A stretch of DNA of 39,323 nt from an uncultured Oscillospiraceae bacterium (GTDB lineage Bacteria; Bacillota; Clostridia; Oscillospirales; Acutalibacteraceae), in assembly GCA_958354085.1 (NCBI GenBank), contig CATWUX010000001.1, forward strand, positions 1-39,323, read 5' to 3'. Below the pieces are notes generated by a model, which had not been told where the DNA came from, searched no databases, and worked only from the letters and a program-made list of their open reading frames with translations. Positions 1-8,950 of the stretch are shown one piece after another; position 1 is the first letter of the stretch, and the number at the start of each line of letters is the position of its first letter. Both the position numbers and the translations under genes were made by a program.

Positions 1-1
1 T

Positions 2-184
2 ACGGTGATCGATAACTTCACTGACTACGGAAATCAGGTCATGCAATACATTTACAACTATGGCAAAGCGTTGGATTTCTCGTACAGCGCCGCGTTATCC
101 TGGATCTATTTTATACTGGTACTGGCGGTCGTAGGCATTGTCTATGCCTTTGTCAACCGCCGTATCGCCTACACGGTTGATTAG
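2..184 (+). CDS. carbohydrate ABC transporter permease, C-terminal fragment (5' end outside window)
   Basis: Frame 2 is open from the window edge to TAG at 182-184. The translation ...LDFSYSAALSWIYFILVLAVVGIVYAFVNRRIAYTVD looks like the last TM helix and tail of a MalF/UgpA-type permease. The partner permease gene starts 12 nt downstream. Confidence 0.7.
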   Translation, partial: TVIDNFTDYGNQVMQYIYNYGKALDFSYSAALSWIYFILVLAVVGIVYAFVNRRIAYTVD

Positions 185-196
185 GGGGAACACACG

Positions 197-1189
197 ATGA
201 AATTATCCAAAAGCGCGAAATGGGAAAAATTAGATACTCAGCAAAAGCAGCATGTTCTGCTTCATCACAGTTCCTCCTTGACAGCAAAATTGATCCGTAC
301 AGTTTTTCTGTTCTGCATGTGCTTTGTTGTCCTGTATCCGCTGTTATATATGCTCAGCGTATCGTTCCGGATGCCGTCGGATCTCTATGATCCCACGGTC
401 ATCTGGATCCCGAAGCACTGGACGATCAGCAATTATACCGAAGTGATCCAAGCAATGAACTACGTTTCCACCCTGCTGAGTACCTTTCTCATCGCCACCA
501 TCGCCACACTGCTGAGCGTTGCCAGCTGCGCCATCGTCGGCTATGGTTTTGCCCGTTTTTCATTTCCCGGCCGTAATTTACTGTTTGCGCTGGTGATTTT
601 CACCATCATTATTCCGGCACAGAACATCTCCATCCCGCTCTTCGTACAATACAAGGATTTCGATTTTCTGTGGCTCGGGCAGATCGGCCGTTTGTTCACC
701 GGCAAACCTTTCACCGTTTCGTTGTTGGACTCGCCGCTGGTTTTGTATTTGCCCGCCGCCTTTGGTGTAGGTATCCGTTCCGGTTTGTTCATCTACATTT
801 TCCGACAATTTTTCCGCGGGATGCCCAAGGAATTGGAGGAAGCCGCCTATATTGACGGCTGCGGCGCCATCCGCACTTTTCTGCGTATCATGCTGGTTAA
901 TGCCGGCCCCGCGATCCTGTCTTGCGTTCTGTTTTCTTTTGTATGGTATTGGAACGATTTTTTCTTCACCGGCATGTTTTTTTCCAAGCCAATCACACTC
1001 ACGACGATGCTGGGTTCATTAGCCGATATGCTGCGCTCCTCCGGCAAGGACTTTTATTCCAACCCCTACATCATTGTCGCACAAATGCAGGCTGCTTGTC
1101 TGTTGGTCGTCGCCCCCTTAATCGTTCTCTATGTTTTTCTTCAGCGTTATTTCACGGAAAGCATTGACCGCACCGGCATTGTAGGGTAA
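197..1189 (+). CDS. carbohydrate ABC transporter permease (MalG/UgpE-like)
   Basis: 330-aa ORF with multiple hydrophobic helices and the EAA-loop signature EEAAYIDGCGAIRTFLRIMLVNAGPAI. GGGGGA lies upstream of the ATG. Confidence 0.9.
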   Translation: MKLSKSAKWEKLDTQQKQHVLLHHSSSLTAKLIRTVFLFCMCFVVLYPLLYMLSVSFRMPSDLYDPTVIWIPKHWTISNYTEVIQAMNYVSTLLSTFLIATIATLLSVASCAIVGYGFARFSFPGRNLLFALVIFTIIIPAQNISIPLFVQYKDFDFLWLGQIGRLFTGKPFTVSLLDSPLVLYLPAAFGVGIRSGLFIYIFRQFFRGMPKELEEAAYIDGCGAIRTFLRIMLVNAGPAILSCVLFSFVWYWNDFFFTGMFFSKPITLTTMLGSLADMLRSSGKDFYSNPYIIVAQMQAACLLVVAPLIVLYVFLQRYFTESIDRTGIVG

Positions 1190-1215
1190 TCTGTTTAAAA
1201 AAGGAGGTTATGTCT

Positions 1216-2481
1216 ATGTCAGAAGATTTTTTCAAAGGCTACGTCAGTGTTCTCGACTTTGGCGCACGCCCCAACAGCTTTGAAGATGATACCGCTGCTT
1301 TTCAGAAAGCCGTATGCGACGGGCGCAGCGTGTATGTCCCCAGCGGTATCTATTTTATCAGTGAGCCATTGCTGCTGACCAATCAAAACTTTGTGGGAGC
1401 GGGCAGCTTTGCCACACAGATTCTCTCGCTTTGCGAAGATCCTTCCCAGCCTATTTTGTATGCAGAACGCACCTGCGTTATAGCGGATATGGCGCTCGGA
1501 TATAAGCCCAACCTTATCACCGGCGAAGAAAAACAAGGCCAGCGCGTCGCTATCTTTACCGTCGGTGAGCTATGGTCTTTGCAGCGCGGTTCTACGATTC
1601 GCAATCTTCGCATTGAAGAATGCGGCACCGGAATTTACAGCCATGATTTGAACGGCCAATTAGGCGGACCATTCAGCGTTCTGTTTGAGTCCTTGGAAAT
1701 TTATAACTTTTCTTTCCGTGGCATAGATTTTACATCCCACAACCGTTCAGGCAATGTTTTGGAAAACATTTATATGTGTTCTGAAAAACCTCATGTGGAT
1801 GCGTTGATCAATCTGCAGGGCGAAGATAGCGAACTGGTCATTCATCAACTGAATCTGGAGCATACTTGCTGCCAAACCGCTTTGCGGTTCACCGACGTAT
1901 ATACCTTTTCGATTTCTTCTCTTCATATTCAAAACATTCAGGTACCCGAAAACGGAAACATTATGGAGCTGCACAATTCCGCAGGGCGTATAGATGCCCT
2001 GAGTATCTATTATCTCCCTGTCGCCTTTCCCGATATTCATCTGATCTGGCTTGGGGATGGTATATACGATCAGCATATTCCGGAACAGCCATGTCCCAAT
2101 ACCGTCTGCAAACTTTGGATCGGACAGCTGCACATTAAAGGAATCAACGATCCCACCAAGCAACGTCCGGATTGTCATTACGGTATGGATCAATATCGCG
2201 AGCTGCGTTTTTCCTTTTTTTACCGTCCCGAAAACGCACTGGGTGATTATCGGGTTCATGTGGAAGATTATATTTGGTACTCTTTTAAAAATGACTGGGA
2301 ATTCTATGAAACGATGCCTCGTGACCCCCACGGCCGCATTCAATTCACCAAGCTGGGTGAACTGCCGCTGAGCGGGCCGACCGATCAGCGGCCGACCAAC
2401 CGGCTATGCCCGTACTGTACCGGTTATTTTGATACCGATCTAAACCGTCATCTGGTCTATGACGGACAGTGCTGGAAATGA
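1216..2481 (+). CDS. cytoplasmic right-handed parallel beta-helix protein (pectate-lyase-superfamily / GH28-GH55-like)
   Basis: The ORF runs 1210-2481. AAGGAGG at 1201-1207 leaves an 8-nt spacer to ATG 1216 but only 2 nt to ATG 1210. The N-terminus VLDFGARPNSFEDDTAAFQKAV..SVYVPSGIYFI matches the FGAxxxxxxDDTxAxQxA...vxVPxGxY signature of Pectate_lyase_3-type beta-helix proteins. No signal peptide. Confidence 0.75.
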   Translation: MSEDFFKGYVSVLDFGARPNSFEDDTAAFQKAVCDGRSVYVPSGIYFISEPLLLTNQNFVGAGSFATQILSLCEDPSQPILYAERTCVIADMALGYKPNLITGEEKQGQRVAIFTVGELWSLQRGSTIRNLRIEECGTGIYSHDLNGQLGGPFSVLFESLEIYNFSFRGIDFTSHNRSGNVLENIYMCSEKPHVDALINLQGEDSELVIHQLNLEHTCCQTALRFTDVYTFSISSLHIQNIQVPENGNIMELHNSAGRIDALSIYYLPVAFPDIHLIWLGDGIYDQHIPEQPCPNTVCKLWIGQLHIKGINDPTKQRPDCHYGMDQYRELRFSFFYRPENALGDYRVHVEDYIWYSFKNDWEFYETMPRDPHGRIQFTKLGELPLSGPTDQRPTNRLCPYCTGYFDTDLNRHLVYDGQCWK

Positions 2482-3374
2482 CGGACGGAGGAGTTTATGT
2501 GAAAGTCAATTTAAATGAAAAATGGCAGGCTGTGTTGGAATGTTTCTCCTCGGCTGCCAGGCTGGATATTCTCCGGCTGCTTGCAGAGCAACCGCTGAAC
2601 ATTTCCGAATTGGCAGATCGCTTGTGCATATCCTCCCCTGTCGTTACGCGACATGTCGCACGTCTGGAAAACGCCGGATTGGTAACCTCTCGCATGATGC
2701 CCGGAAAGCGCGGGATCAAAAAAGTATGTGTATTGTGCGAACAGCAATTGATCATTGACTTAACCTGCGAAGATACTCCCCCGGCGGCCAACGCTTCAGC
2801 CGTTCTTCCCCTTGGCGCCTATGTTACAGCCAACGTTACCGCTCCATGCGGTTTGATGGCGGCCGGGCGTACACTGGGGCTGCAAAACGATCCCCGCTAT
2901 TTTCAAAATCCGGAGCGTCAGACGGCGGATATGCTTTGGTTCTCTTCGGGAACACTCAACTACATATTGCCGGATACGTTATCCTTGATCTGCAAGAACC
3001 TGGAAATTCAATTTTGGATGTGCTGTAAAACCTATTTTCATCAAAATGTCAGCCAGCTCTCCTTAACCTTCTCCTGCGGAGATTCCACAATCTGTACTGT
3101 CAGCGAAACCGTTCACGCTTCTTCGGAAGATAGTCCGGCGGGACATACACAGGCAGTTACACCTTTGGACATTCACGGCGAAAAACGCGTTCTCCGTATT
3201 ACAGAAACCGGTACATGGTATAATCAGGAGCGTGTTTCGGATTTCAGCAGTGCGGATCTATCCAGACCGCGTCTGTCATTGACCATATCCAGTAGCTCCC
3301 GTAATAACTTATTTTATCTCTTCGGCCACAACGGTACCGGATTTCTTCTGCAAACCGACCGTGTAAATGAATAA
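2478..3374 (+). CDS. ArsR/SmtB-family winged-HTH regulator with ~200-aa C-terminal extension
   Basis: ATG 2478 overlaps the upstream stop (ATGA at 2478-2481). An alternative GTG at 2499 lies 5 nt after GGAGGAG. LDILRLLAEQPLNISELADRLCISSPVVTRHVARLENAGLVTSR is an ArsR-type HTH. I do not recognise the C-terminal domain. Confidence 0.8.
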   Translation: MTDGGVYVKVNLNEKWQAVLECFSSAARLDILRLLAEQPLNISELADRLCISSPVVTRHVARLENAGLVTSRMMPGKRGIKKVCVLCEQQLIIDLTCEDTPPAANASAVLPLGAYVTANVTAPCGLMAAGRTLGLQNDPRYFQNPERQTADMLWFSSGTLNYILPDTLSLICKNLEIQFWMCCKTYFHQNVSQLSLTFSCGDSTICTVSETVHASSEDSPAGHTQAVTPLDIHGEKRVLRITETGTWYNQERVSDFSSADLSRPRLSLTISSSSRNNLFYLFGHNGTGFLLQTDRVNE

Positions 3375-3428
3375 AAATATCTCCGGCAAACGTATTATGG
3401 CGTTTGCCGGAGATATTTTTATTCATTT
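3365..3428. terminator. 28-bp perfect inverted repeat between convergent genes (bidirectional terminator candidate)
   Basis: AAATGAATAAAAATATCTCCGGCAAACG (3365-3392), an 8-nt loop, then the exact reverse complement (3401-3428). It sits between the ArsR stop (3372-3374) and the GH2 stop (3437-3439), and the stem ends are A/T-rich. Confidence 0.6.
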
Positions 3429-3436
3429 TACCACGG

Positions 3437-5680
3437 TCAGCATAACACCGATGCACCGTACAACAAAACCGCATATGGCTTTTGCACCCTCACGCAAAGT
3501 GAGGTCAGCGGCACTTGCGTCGGAAGCGAGATACGCAGCATCTGGATACGGTACAGCTCCGAAGTCTCATTCCAGCAAAGATCAATAACGGGTACGATTG
3601 CCGCACCGCGCGGATCAATACGGGTTGCGCTGCGCAGGCAGTGTACCGTCGCAATTTCTATGCCATTGCGCAGCGGAACGGTCTGAATGGTACCATCTGC
3701 AAATGTTAAGCGATATTCTCCCACCGTGTCTCCTTGCTTCCCAAATACCGGATAACCATCCGTCATGGAAGCCTGCCCGATCACATACAACTCCCGCGCG
3801 GCCGGGGCGGACAAGGCTATCTCCAGTTCTCCGGTGTTTGCATTAGCCACGAGCGGACGGCCGGCGCGAATCTGCACCGGCAGATGTCCCAGCTGTCTCA
3901 AAGGCTCCGGAATAACCGGCCCGTAATCCATATGCCACCACTTATCACAATAATCAATCCGCATATCCAAATAGCGGCGCACTTCGTAATCCCACGCCTG
4001 CTGCTGTCCGTCCAATTCTGCCGGATCCGGCAGTTCAACCGGGACATACCGGTTTCCCGGCGTTCCCACTCCGTAAATTTGAGCCCGGCACTGAGGCGCT
4101 TCCTCACAGGTATTGTGCTGCGTCATAACCTCGCGCAGCACCGTCATCGCCACCCGCGGACGGCGCTGCATATCGCAAAGCCCTTCGACCGTGATACCAT
4201 TTTGGCACCCTGCGCCCGGCTGACGGTTACGCTCATAGTAATCGGCAAAAACCCAATGGCAAGCGCCGGCCAACACAGGCTCCGTATCCGGGTTATTCCA
4301 CATGCGGAAAAATTCTTTGCAAAAGCGGCGCATCAATGCCGGATTATCCAGTACATAATAACCGCCCCACTCGGTAAATAACAGCGGTTTGTCATTTAGA
4401 TATTCACACAATCCCTGAATACTCTGCCACGGTACAATATACTGCCGTCCGGGACTGACACCGCCTGTAATCAGATCCAGCTCCGCGCCATAAGGATGAT
4501 AGGTATAAAAATCACAGTCCGCCTTATCGAACAGCGTCTTGGTCTGGAACTTATCCATGCAATTCGCACCCGAAACGCAGCGGCTGGGATCCAGCCGGCG
4601 TACTGTTTTCACAGCATCTACAATAAAGCTTTCCGTAAGCTCACATTCATTAAATGTCAGCCAAAATGCGACGGATACATGGCTGCGATCCCGCCGAATC
4701 ACACGTTCCATGACCTCCATGCCGCGCGCCAGCATAGCGGTGTCCTCCATTTTCACCCACCAATATCCGGGCTCTTCGCTCACTAACAAACCGAGTTTAT
4801 CGGCCCATTCCAGCACCCGGCGGTCATGGGGATAATGTACTAACCGCACATAGTTCAGACCCGCATCCTTTATCATACGCATATCTCGTTCAATCTGGAA
4901 ATCGGATTGCGTATGGCCGTCGGCATCGCCTTGCAGATCGTGCCGGCAGGAACCCATCAAAAACAGCGGCTGTCCGTTTAAATAAAAACGTTTTCCTTTG
5001 ACAGAAAATTCCTTAAATCCCACTTGGCGTATGTCTGTATGCGAGCCTACGGTCGTAAAAAGTGTATACAGCTCCGGTGAATCCGGACTCCATAGCCGCG
5101 GGTTTACAACCTCCATAGACAATACGGTTACGCCGTTTTGCGTATGTCCGCTTGCCTGCGCTATCGGCACGCCATCCTTCTCCAGATAGGCTTCCACCGG
5201 CGCATCGCCGCCTCGAAGGGAGATTTCCGCTTTGGCATGTGCCAAAGTATAGTCATTTTCAAAGGACACATGAAAAAATACATCCTCCACCGATACCGGC
5301 GGAACATACCGTATAGATACATCCCGTATAATGCCGCTGTAATTGCACCAACCGTTCATCGGCCCGAATACGGCGTCAATATCCAGCAGCGATACCTCCA
5401 GAGTATTCTCTCCTTCATGCACCAAATCGCTGATATCATAAGTATACTCCACATATGGCTCCATACGGGACAGCGTATGTCCATTGACCGTCGGCACACC
5501 TTCATAGCAAATGCCTTCAAAAGTCAACAAAATGCATTCGCCCTCTGTATTATCCACCATAAAGGATGTGCGGTATAAACACTGCCCGGTAGGAGGATAG
5601 GAACCGGGAACTTTACGTTTTTCAAAGGGTGCGCCCGGAATCGCAAAATCCCATAATCCCGCTAAGGACTGTATTTTCAT
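3437..5680 (-). CDS. glycoside hydrolase family 2 enzyme (beta-galactosidase/beta-glucuronidase-like), cytoplasmic
   Basis: 747-aa ORF with AAGGAG 7 nt upstream of the ATG. GH2-like blocks: NGHTLSRMEPYVEYTYDISDLVHEGENTLEV (sugar-binding domain), RLVHYPHD, acid/base-type FNECE and nucleophile-type FTEWGG. No signal peptide. Confidence 0.85.
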   Translation of the reverse strand: MKIQSLAGLWDFAIPGAPFEKRKVPGSYPPTGQCLYRTSFMVDNTEGECILLTFEGICYEGVPTVNGHTLSRMEPYVEYTYDISDLVHEGENTLEVSLLDIDAVFGPMNGWCNYSGIIRDVSIRYVPPVSVEDVFFHVSFENDYTLAHAKAEISLRGGDAPVEAYLEKDGVPIAQASGHTQNGVTVLSMEVVNPRLWSPDSPELYTLFTTVGSHTDIRQVGFKEFSVKGKRFYLNGQPLFLMGSCRHDLQGDADGHTQSDFQIERDMRMIKDAGLNYVRLVHYPHDRRVLEWADKLGLLVSEEPGYWWVKMEDTAMLARGMEVMERVIRRDRSHVSVAFWLTFNECELTESFIVDAVKTVRRLDPSRCVSGANCMDKFQTKTLFDKADCDFYTYHPYGAELDLITGGVSPGRQYIVPWQSIQGLCEYLNDKPLLFTEWGGYYVLDNPALMRRFCKEFFRMWNNPDTEPVLAGACHWVFADYYERNRQPGAGCQNGITVEGLCDMQRRPRVAMTVLREVMTQHNTCEEAPQCRAQIYGVGTPGNRYVPVELPDPAELDGQQQAWDYEVRRYLDMRIDYCDKWWHMDYGPVIPEPLRQLGHLPVQIRAGRPLVANANTGELEIALSAPAARELYVIGQASMTDGYPVFGKQGDTVGEYRLTFADGTIQTVPLRNGIEIATVHCLRSATRIDPRGAAIVPVIDLCWNETSELYRIQMLRISLPTQVPLTSLCVRVQKPYAVLLYGASVLC

Positions 5681-5709
5681 ACTTTTTCTCCTTATACTGC
5701 TGTTTCAAG

Positions 5710-5741
5710 AAAAAAGGAACACATATCTGTGTTCCTTTTTT
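5710..5741 (-). terminator. intrinsic terminator hairpin downstream of the 498-aa surface protein gene
   Basis: AAAAAAGGAACAC-atatct-GTGTTCCTTTTTT. A 7-bp GC-containing stem is flanked by an A-run and a T-run, so it could act in either orientation. It lies 23 nt after the stop at 5764. Confidence 0.6.
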
Positions 5742-5763
5742 CAAAACTTCACTCGCAATAAAA

Positions 5764-7260
5764 TTATTTCGTCTTGTTACGACTGGATACGGCAATGGCT
5801 GCCGCACCGGCCAGAAGCGCCAGTGCCGGAATTACCAGCGAAGCGGCACCGGTCTCCGGAACCTCGGGCGTACCGGCGGTCGTGGCGTTCGCGGCCGTGG
5901 TTGCAGCGGTGCTGCTGCTTGGCTCCGCAGTCTGCGTATAGCCGGGAATAATATCCTCAAAGACCGCATTGTATACTTTCAGATCGGTAACCACAGCGTC
6001 TACACGATCCCACGTAGTAAACTTGACACCAACCGACGCCGGGCCGTAATTTTCATTGGTTTCGGTATAACGCAATGTGGGGGTAGCCGGAAGTGCCGCG
6101 CCGTCTTCAAAGAAATACACGTTGAGCGTCGTATTGCTCTCGCCGACCATTCTCTGAATCGTCATCCGATAGGTTTTATTGGCATCCAAAACCGGCAGCT
6201 CCTCACCGGCGACATATTTCCAGTCAGGACTGTTCGGTTTATTCCCTTTATACAAGGTCAGAGCATAATCGGTATCCATGACACCACCGCTGTTTCCGCT
6301 GGCTGCGTCGCCGCCCTCAACGCGGAGCTGATAACCGCCCCAAGGGTTGCAATCCCAGCTGTCCAGATATAGAATCAACTGCGCCCAACTGCCCAGATCC
6401 TTGACCTTCAGCTTGTAATCAACCGTCAAATTCTTACCATACCATGATTCCTGTCCCTGCGGGATATAGGCAACGCCGTCCTCCCAAGAAGCATTGCCGG
6501 CGCTCTGAATATTCAGCGGACCGGCTTCAGATACCTTCGGCACCGTTACATCGGCGGTTTTCACTGCGACCTCGTAGTTATACAGCTTCAAATCAGTGAC
6601 CGACGCATCAATGCGATCCCATGAAGCAAATTTCACGCCTGCGGATCCGCCGCCGTAACTGGCATTATCCACCTCATACGTCAGCGTTGCCTTTTCCGGG
6701 ATACCCGCGCTCTTTTCAAAAAACCAAACCTTCAGCGTTGTGTTGGTCTCGCCTATCACGCGCTGGACAATCACACGGTAATCCTTGGATGTGTCCACGG
6801 CGCTCAAAGCCGTACCGGCTTTGAATACCCAGTCCGCATCCGGTTTTCCTCCCTTGTAGAGCGTCACAGCATAATCGCCATCCACAGCATTACCGCTATT
6901 GCCATAGGCCGCGTCGCCGCCCTCCAAACGAATTTGATATCCGCCCCAAGGATTGGAATCCCAGCTGTCTATGTACATAATCAGCTGCGCCCATTCGCCC
7001 TGATCTTTGATTTTCAGATCAAAGCTGACCGTCAAATTCTTTTCATACTGTTTGAACTCATCATCGGTTTTGGAAACATACTGCTCGCCCGCATCCCAAC
7101 CAGCGCCCCCGGCGCTTTTAATTTCGATAGGACCGGCAATCGTTTTGGTCGGGTTTACGCCGGCTTCGTCAATGCCCGGTACAGCAGTTGCCGAGACTCC
7201 AATACACAGCAGCGTACTCAGCATTATCACAGACAGAAGTATTGCTAGAATTTTTTTCAT
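5764..7260 (-). CDS. secreted, sortase-signal (VPETG) protein made of two tandem ~190-aa jelly-roll repeats
   Basis: The ORF extends to 7314, but ATG 7260 (MKKILAILLSVIMLSTLLCIGVSATA, signal peptide) follows AGGA and lies downstream of a TTGATT-17-TATACT promoter. The C-terminus has a Thr/Ala-rich linker, VPETG, a hydrophobic helix and RNKTK. Confidence 0.85.
   Translation of the reverse strand: MKKILAILLSVIMLSTLLCIGVSATAVPGIDEAGVNPTKTIAGPIEIKSAGGAGWDAGEQYVSKTDDEFKQYEKNLTVSFDLKIKDQGEWAQLIMYIDSWDSNPWGGYQIRLEGGDAAYGNSGNAVDGDYAVTLYKGGKPDADWVFKAGTALSAVDTSKDYRVIVQRVIGETNTTLKVWFFEKSAGIPEKATLTYEVDNASYGGGSAGVKFASWDRIDASVTDLKLYNYEVAVKTADVTVPKVSEAGPLNIQSAGNASWEDGVAYIPQGQESWYGKNLTVDYKLKVKDLGSWAQLILYLDSWDCNPWGGYQLRVEGGDAASGNSGGVMDTDYALTLYKGNKPNSPDWKYVAGEELPVLDANKTYRMTIQRMVGESNTTLNVYFFEDGAALPATPTLRYTETNENYGPASVGVKFTTWDRVDAVVTDLKVYNAVFEDIIPGYTQTAEPSSSTAATTAANATTAGTPEVPETGAASLVIPALALLAGAAAIAVSSRNKTK
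5965..7137 (-). repeat. intragenic tandem duplication (two ~190-codon units, 6571-7137 and 5965-6525)
   Basis: The protein repeats align block for block. For example, WAQLIMYIDSWDSNPWGGYQIRLEGGDAAYGNSG / WAQLILYLDSWDCNPWGGYQLRVEGGDAASGNSG and GVKFASWDRIDASVTDLKLYN / GVKFTTWDRVDAVVTDLKVYN. Confidence 0.8.
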
Positions 7261-7299
7261 TTCTCTCATCCTTTCTGTTTTCCTATTGTTGCTGCTTTC

Positions 7300-7328
7300 A
7301 GTATACAAAACCATAAGCGCGAAATCAA
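7300..7328 (-). promoter_or_regulatory. sigma-A-type promoter candidate for the 498-aa protein / GH2 pair
   Basis: On the minus strand, TTGATT (7323-7328), a 17-nt spacer, then TATACT (7300-7305), about 40 nt upstream of ATG 7260. Confidence 0.45.
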
Positions 7329-7501
7329 GGGAACAAACGCGTCCTTTTAAGGCACCTTTTCACATTTATAATAAACAGCATTCGCTGTTAATATGAAAAA
7401 TATATAATTTTTCTTCGCTTTTTAATACCCTATATGAAAAAGTAGTCTTTTCTTGGTATTGGAACAATTGCGCCGCTTTCATCGCTGTGCGTAAAAGGCG
7501 A

Positions 7502-8950
7502 TCAGGACTTTTTTTTCGGTTTGAGAACCGCCACGCCTATACAGACCAGCACGATGCTCAGCACAATCACAACTCCCGCCACAATAAAGACCGTATACAG
7601 AACGCTGTTCCCGGTACCGTTCAGCGTTGCTGTCGGTGATGTTTCCGAAGACAAAGGCGCCGTGGTAAGCGTTGCGTTGTTTTCACCGCTTGTTGTCGGA
7701 GCAGCTTGAACAAAGGTCGGTGTATTCTCCGGGAGTGATGCTGCACCTTCCATCCATTCCACCATTGCGCATACCAGTTTTGCATGATCCTTCACGTTGG
7801 GATCCTGCGGATTGTTAATCGCATACATGACCTTGCCATCCGCGCTGAACGCCATTGCGTTGCTGTATCCGCCATGATCCAGACTCGTGCGGTAAGGGAT
7901 AACATGCGGCGTTGTGCTCCAGGTTTTTCCCTTATCGGTGCTCAAGAAATAGTCAGTACCGGTTTTGCTGCTGCCCATACGCATAAACGTACCGCTGACA
8001 ATCAGCGTACCATCCGCACCGCCAACCGGTGTCCAAGCACAATACGGCGCAGAGCCCATGGCCTTTCCATCCACGCTGACAATTTCCGTTCCCAACCATT
8101 TGGGATCGCCCCAATCCAGTCCATCTTTAGAGGTGCGATACGTGACCGGATTATTGTTTTTGATTTCGTCATTGACCATCTCGTAGGTCATGAAATATGT
8201 GCCGTCGCCCAAACGTGTCACCACCGGCATGCCGGGTCGATCAGACTGACGCTCGGAAGCAACCACATCCACCGCCTCTCCCCAGGTGCGCCCATCCGCG
8301 GATACCTTATATACGATTTTCTGTGAATGTACAGTATTTTCCGTTGAATCGGAATAATAGCATACCAGCCGTCCATCGTCCAACTGAATCAGAAATGGCT
8401 CCCACACACCGGTCTCCAGGCCGCCGCCAACGGCAATGGTCACACCCTTTTCAAAGGTTTCACCGCCATCCTTACTGGCATACAATCGAATCGCCGACTG
8501 TTTGGCATGCGCGCTGTCAATCGAACAGGCGGCCAAAAAAATCGTACCGGCCGGATACTCCCCGCACGCGGCAGGCAGTTCAAACAAGGTCGGCTGCCAT
8601 TCAGAGCTGATTGCAGCCACCGTATCCTGTACAAAATTGATCTGAACCCATGTTTTTCCCTGATCTGCACTGCGGTAAATGGGATAGCCGGGCTGATAGG
8701 TCTCCAAACCGGCAGTGGCTTCTTCGCTGGTCGCCAGCAATACGTTGTTCTGTCCCAGCTGCGAGTGCTGCAGCACGATAACGCGGGGATACCCGATGCC
8801 GCAGCCCCACCACAAATCGCCGGAATAGGCTATGTCCGTTTGATATTTCGCGGTCAGTATAGTTTCCCCCGATACACGGCACGCTGAAAATATCAATACC
8901 AATAAAGCGATCATCCCCCCGCCAAAACGGGACATAACAGTTTTTTTCAT
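7502..8950 (-). CDS. BNR/Asp-box six-bladed beta-propeller glycosidase-like protein (sialidase fold, GH33/GH93-like), signal peptide + C-terminal TM anchor
   Basis: 482 aa with an N-terminal signal/anchor (MIALLVLIFSAC). Asp-boxes: YRSADQGKTW, YASKDGGETF, VSADGRTW, TSKDGLDW, LSTDKGKTW. A Ser/Thr-rich linker, a TM helix and KPKKKS follow at the C-terminus. The ATG overlaps the upstream stop (ATGA). Confidence 0.85.
   Translation of the reverse strand: MKKTVMSRFGGGMIALLVLIFSACRVSGETILTAKYQTDIAYSGDLWWGCGIGYPRVIVLQHSQLGQNNVLLATSEEATAGLETYQPGYPIYRSADQGKTWVQINFVQDTVAAISSEWQPTLFELPAACGEYPAGTIFLAACSIDSAHAKQSAIRLYASKDGGETFEKGVTIAVGGGLETGVWEPFLIQLDDGRLVCYYSDSTENTVHSQKIVYKVSADGRTWGEAVDVVASERQSDRPGMPVVTRLGDGTYFMTYEMVNDEIKNNNPVTYRTSKDGLDWGDPKWLGTEIVSVDGKAMGSAPYCAWTPVGGADGTLIVSGTFMRMGSSKTGTDYFLSTDKGKTWSTTPHVIPYRTSLDHGGYSNAMAFSADGKVMYAINNPQDPNVKDHAKLVCAMVEWMEGAASLPENTPTFVQAAPTTSGENNATLTTAPLSSETSPTATLNGTGNSVLYTVFIVAGVVIVLSIVLVCIGVAVLKPKKKS

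Noticed and set aside
3244-3588. Small mirrored ORFs (73 aa on plus, 76 aa on minus) both containing MNKNISGKR
   Set aside because: They are artefacts of the 28-bp perfect inverted repeat and overlap the 3' ends of real genes.
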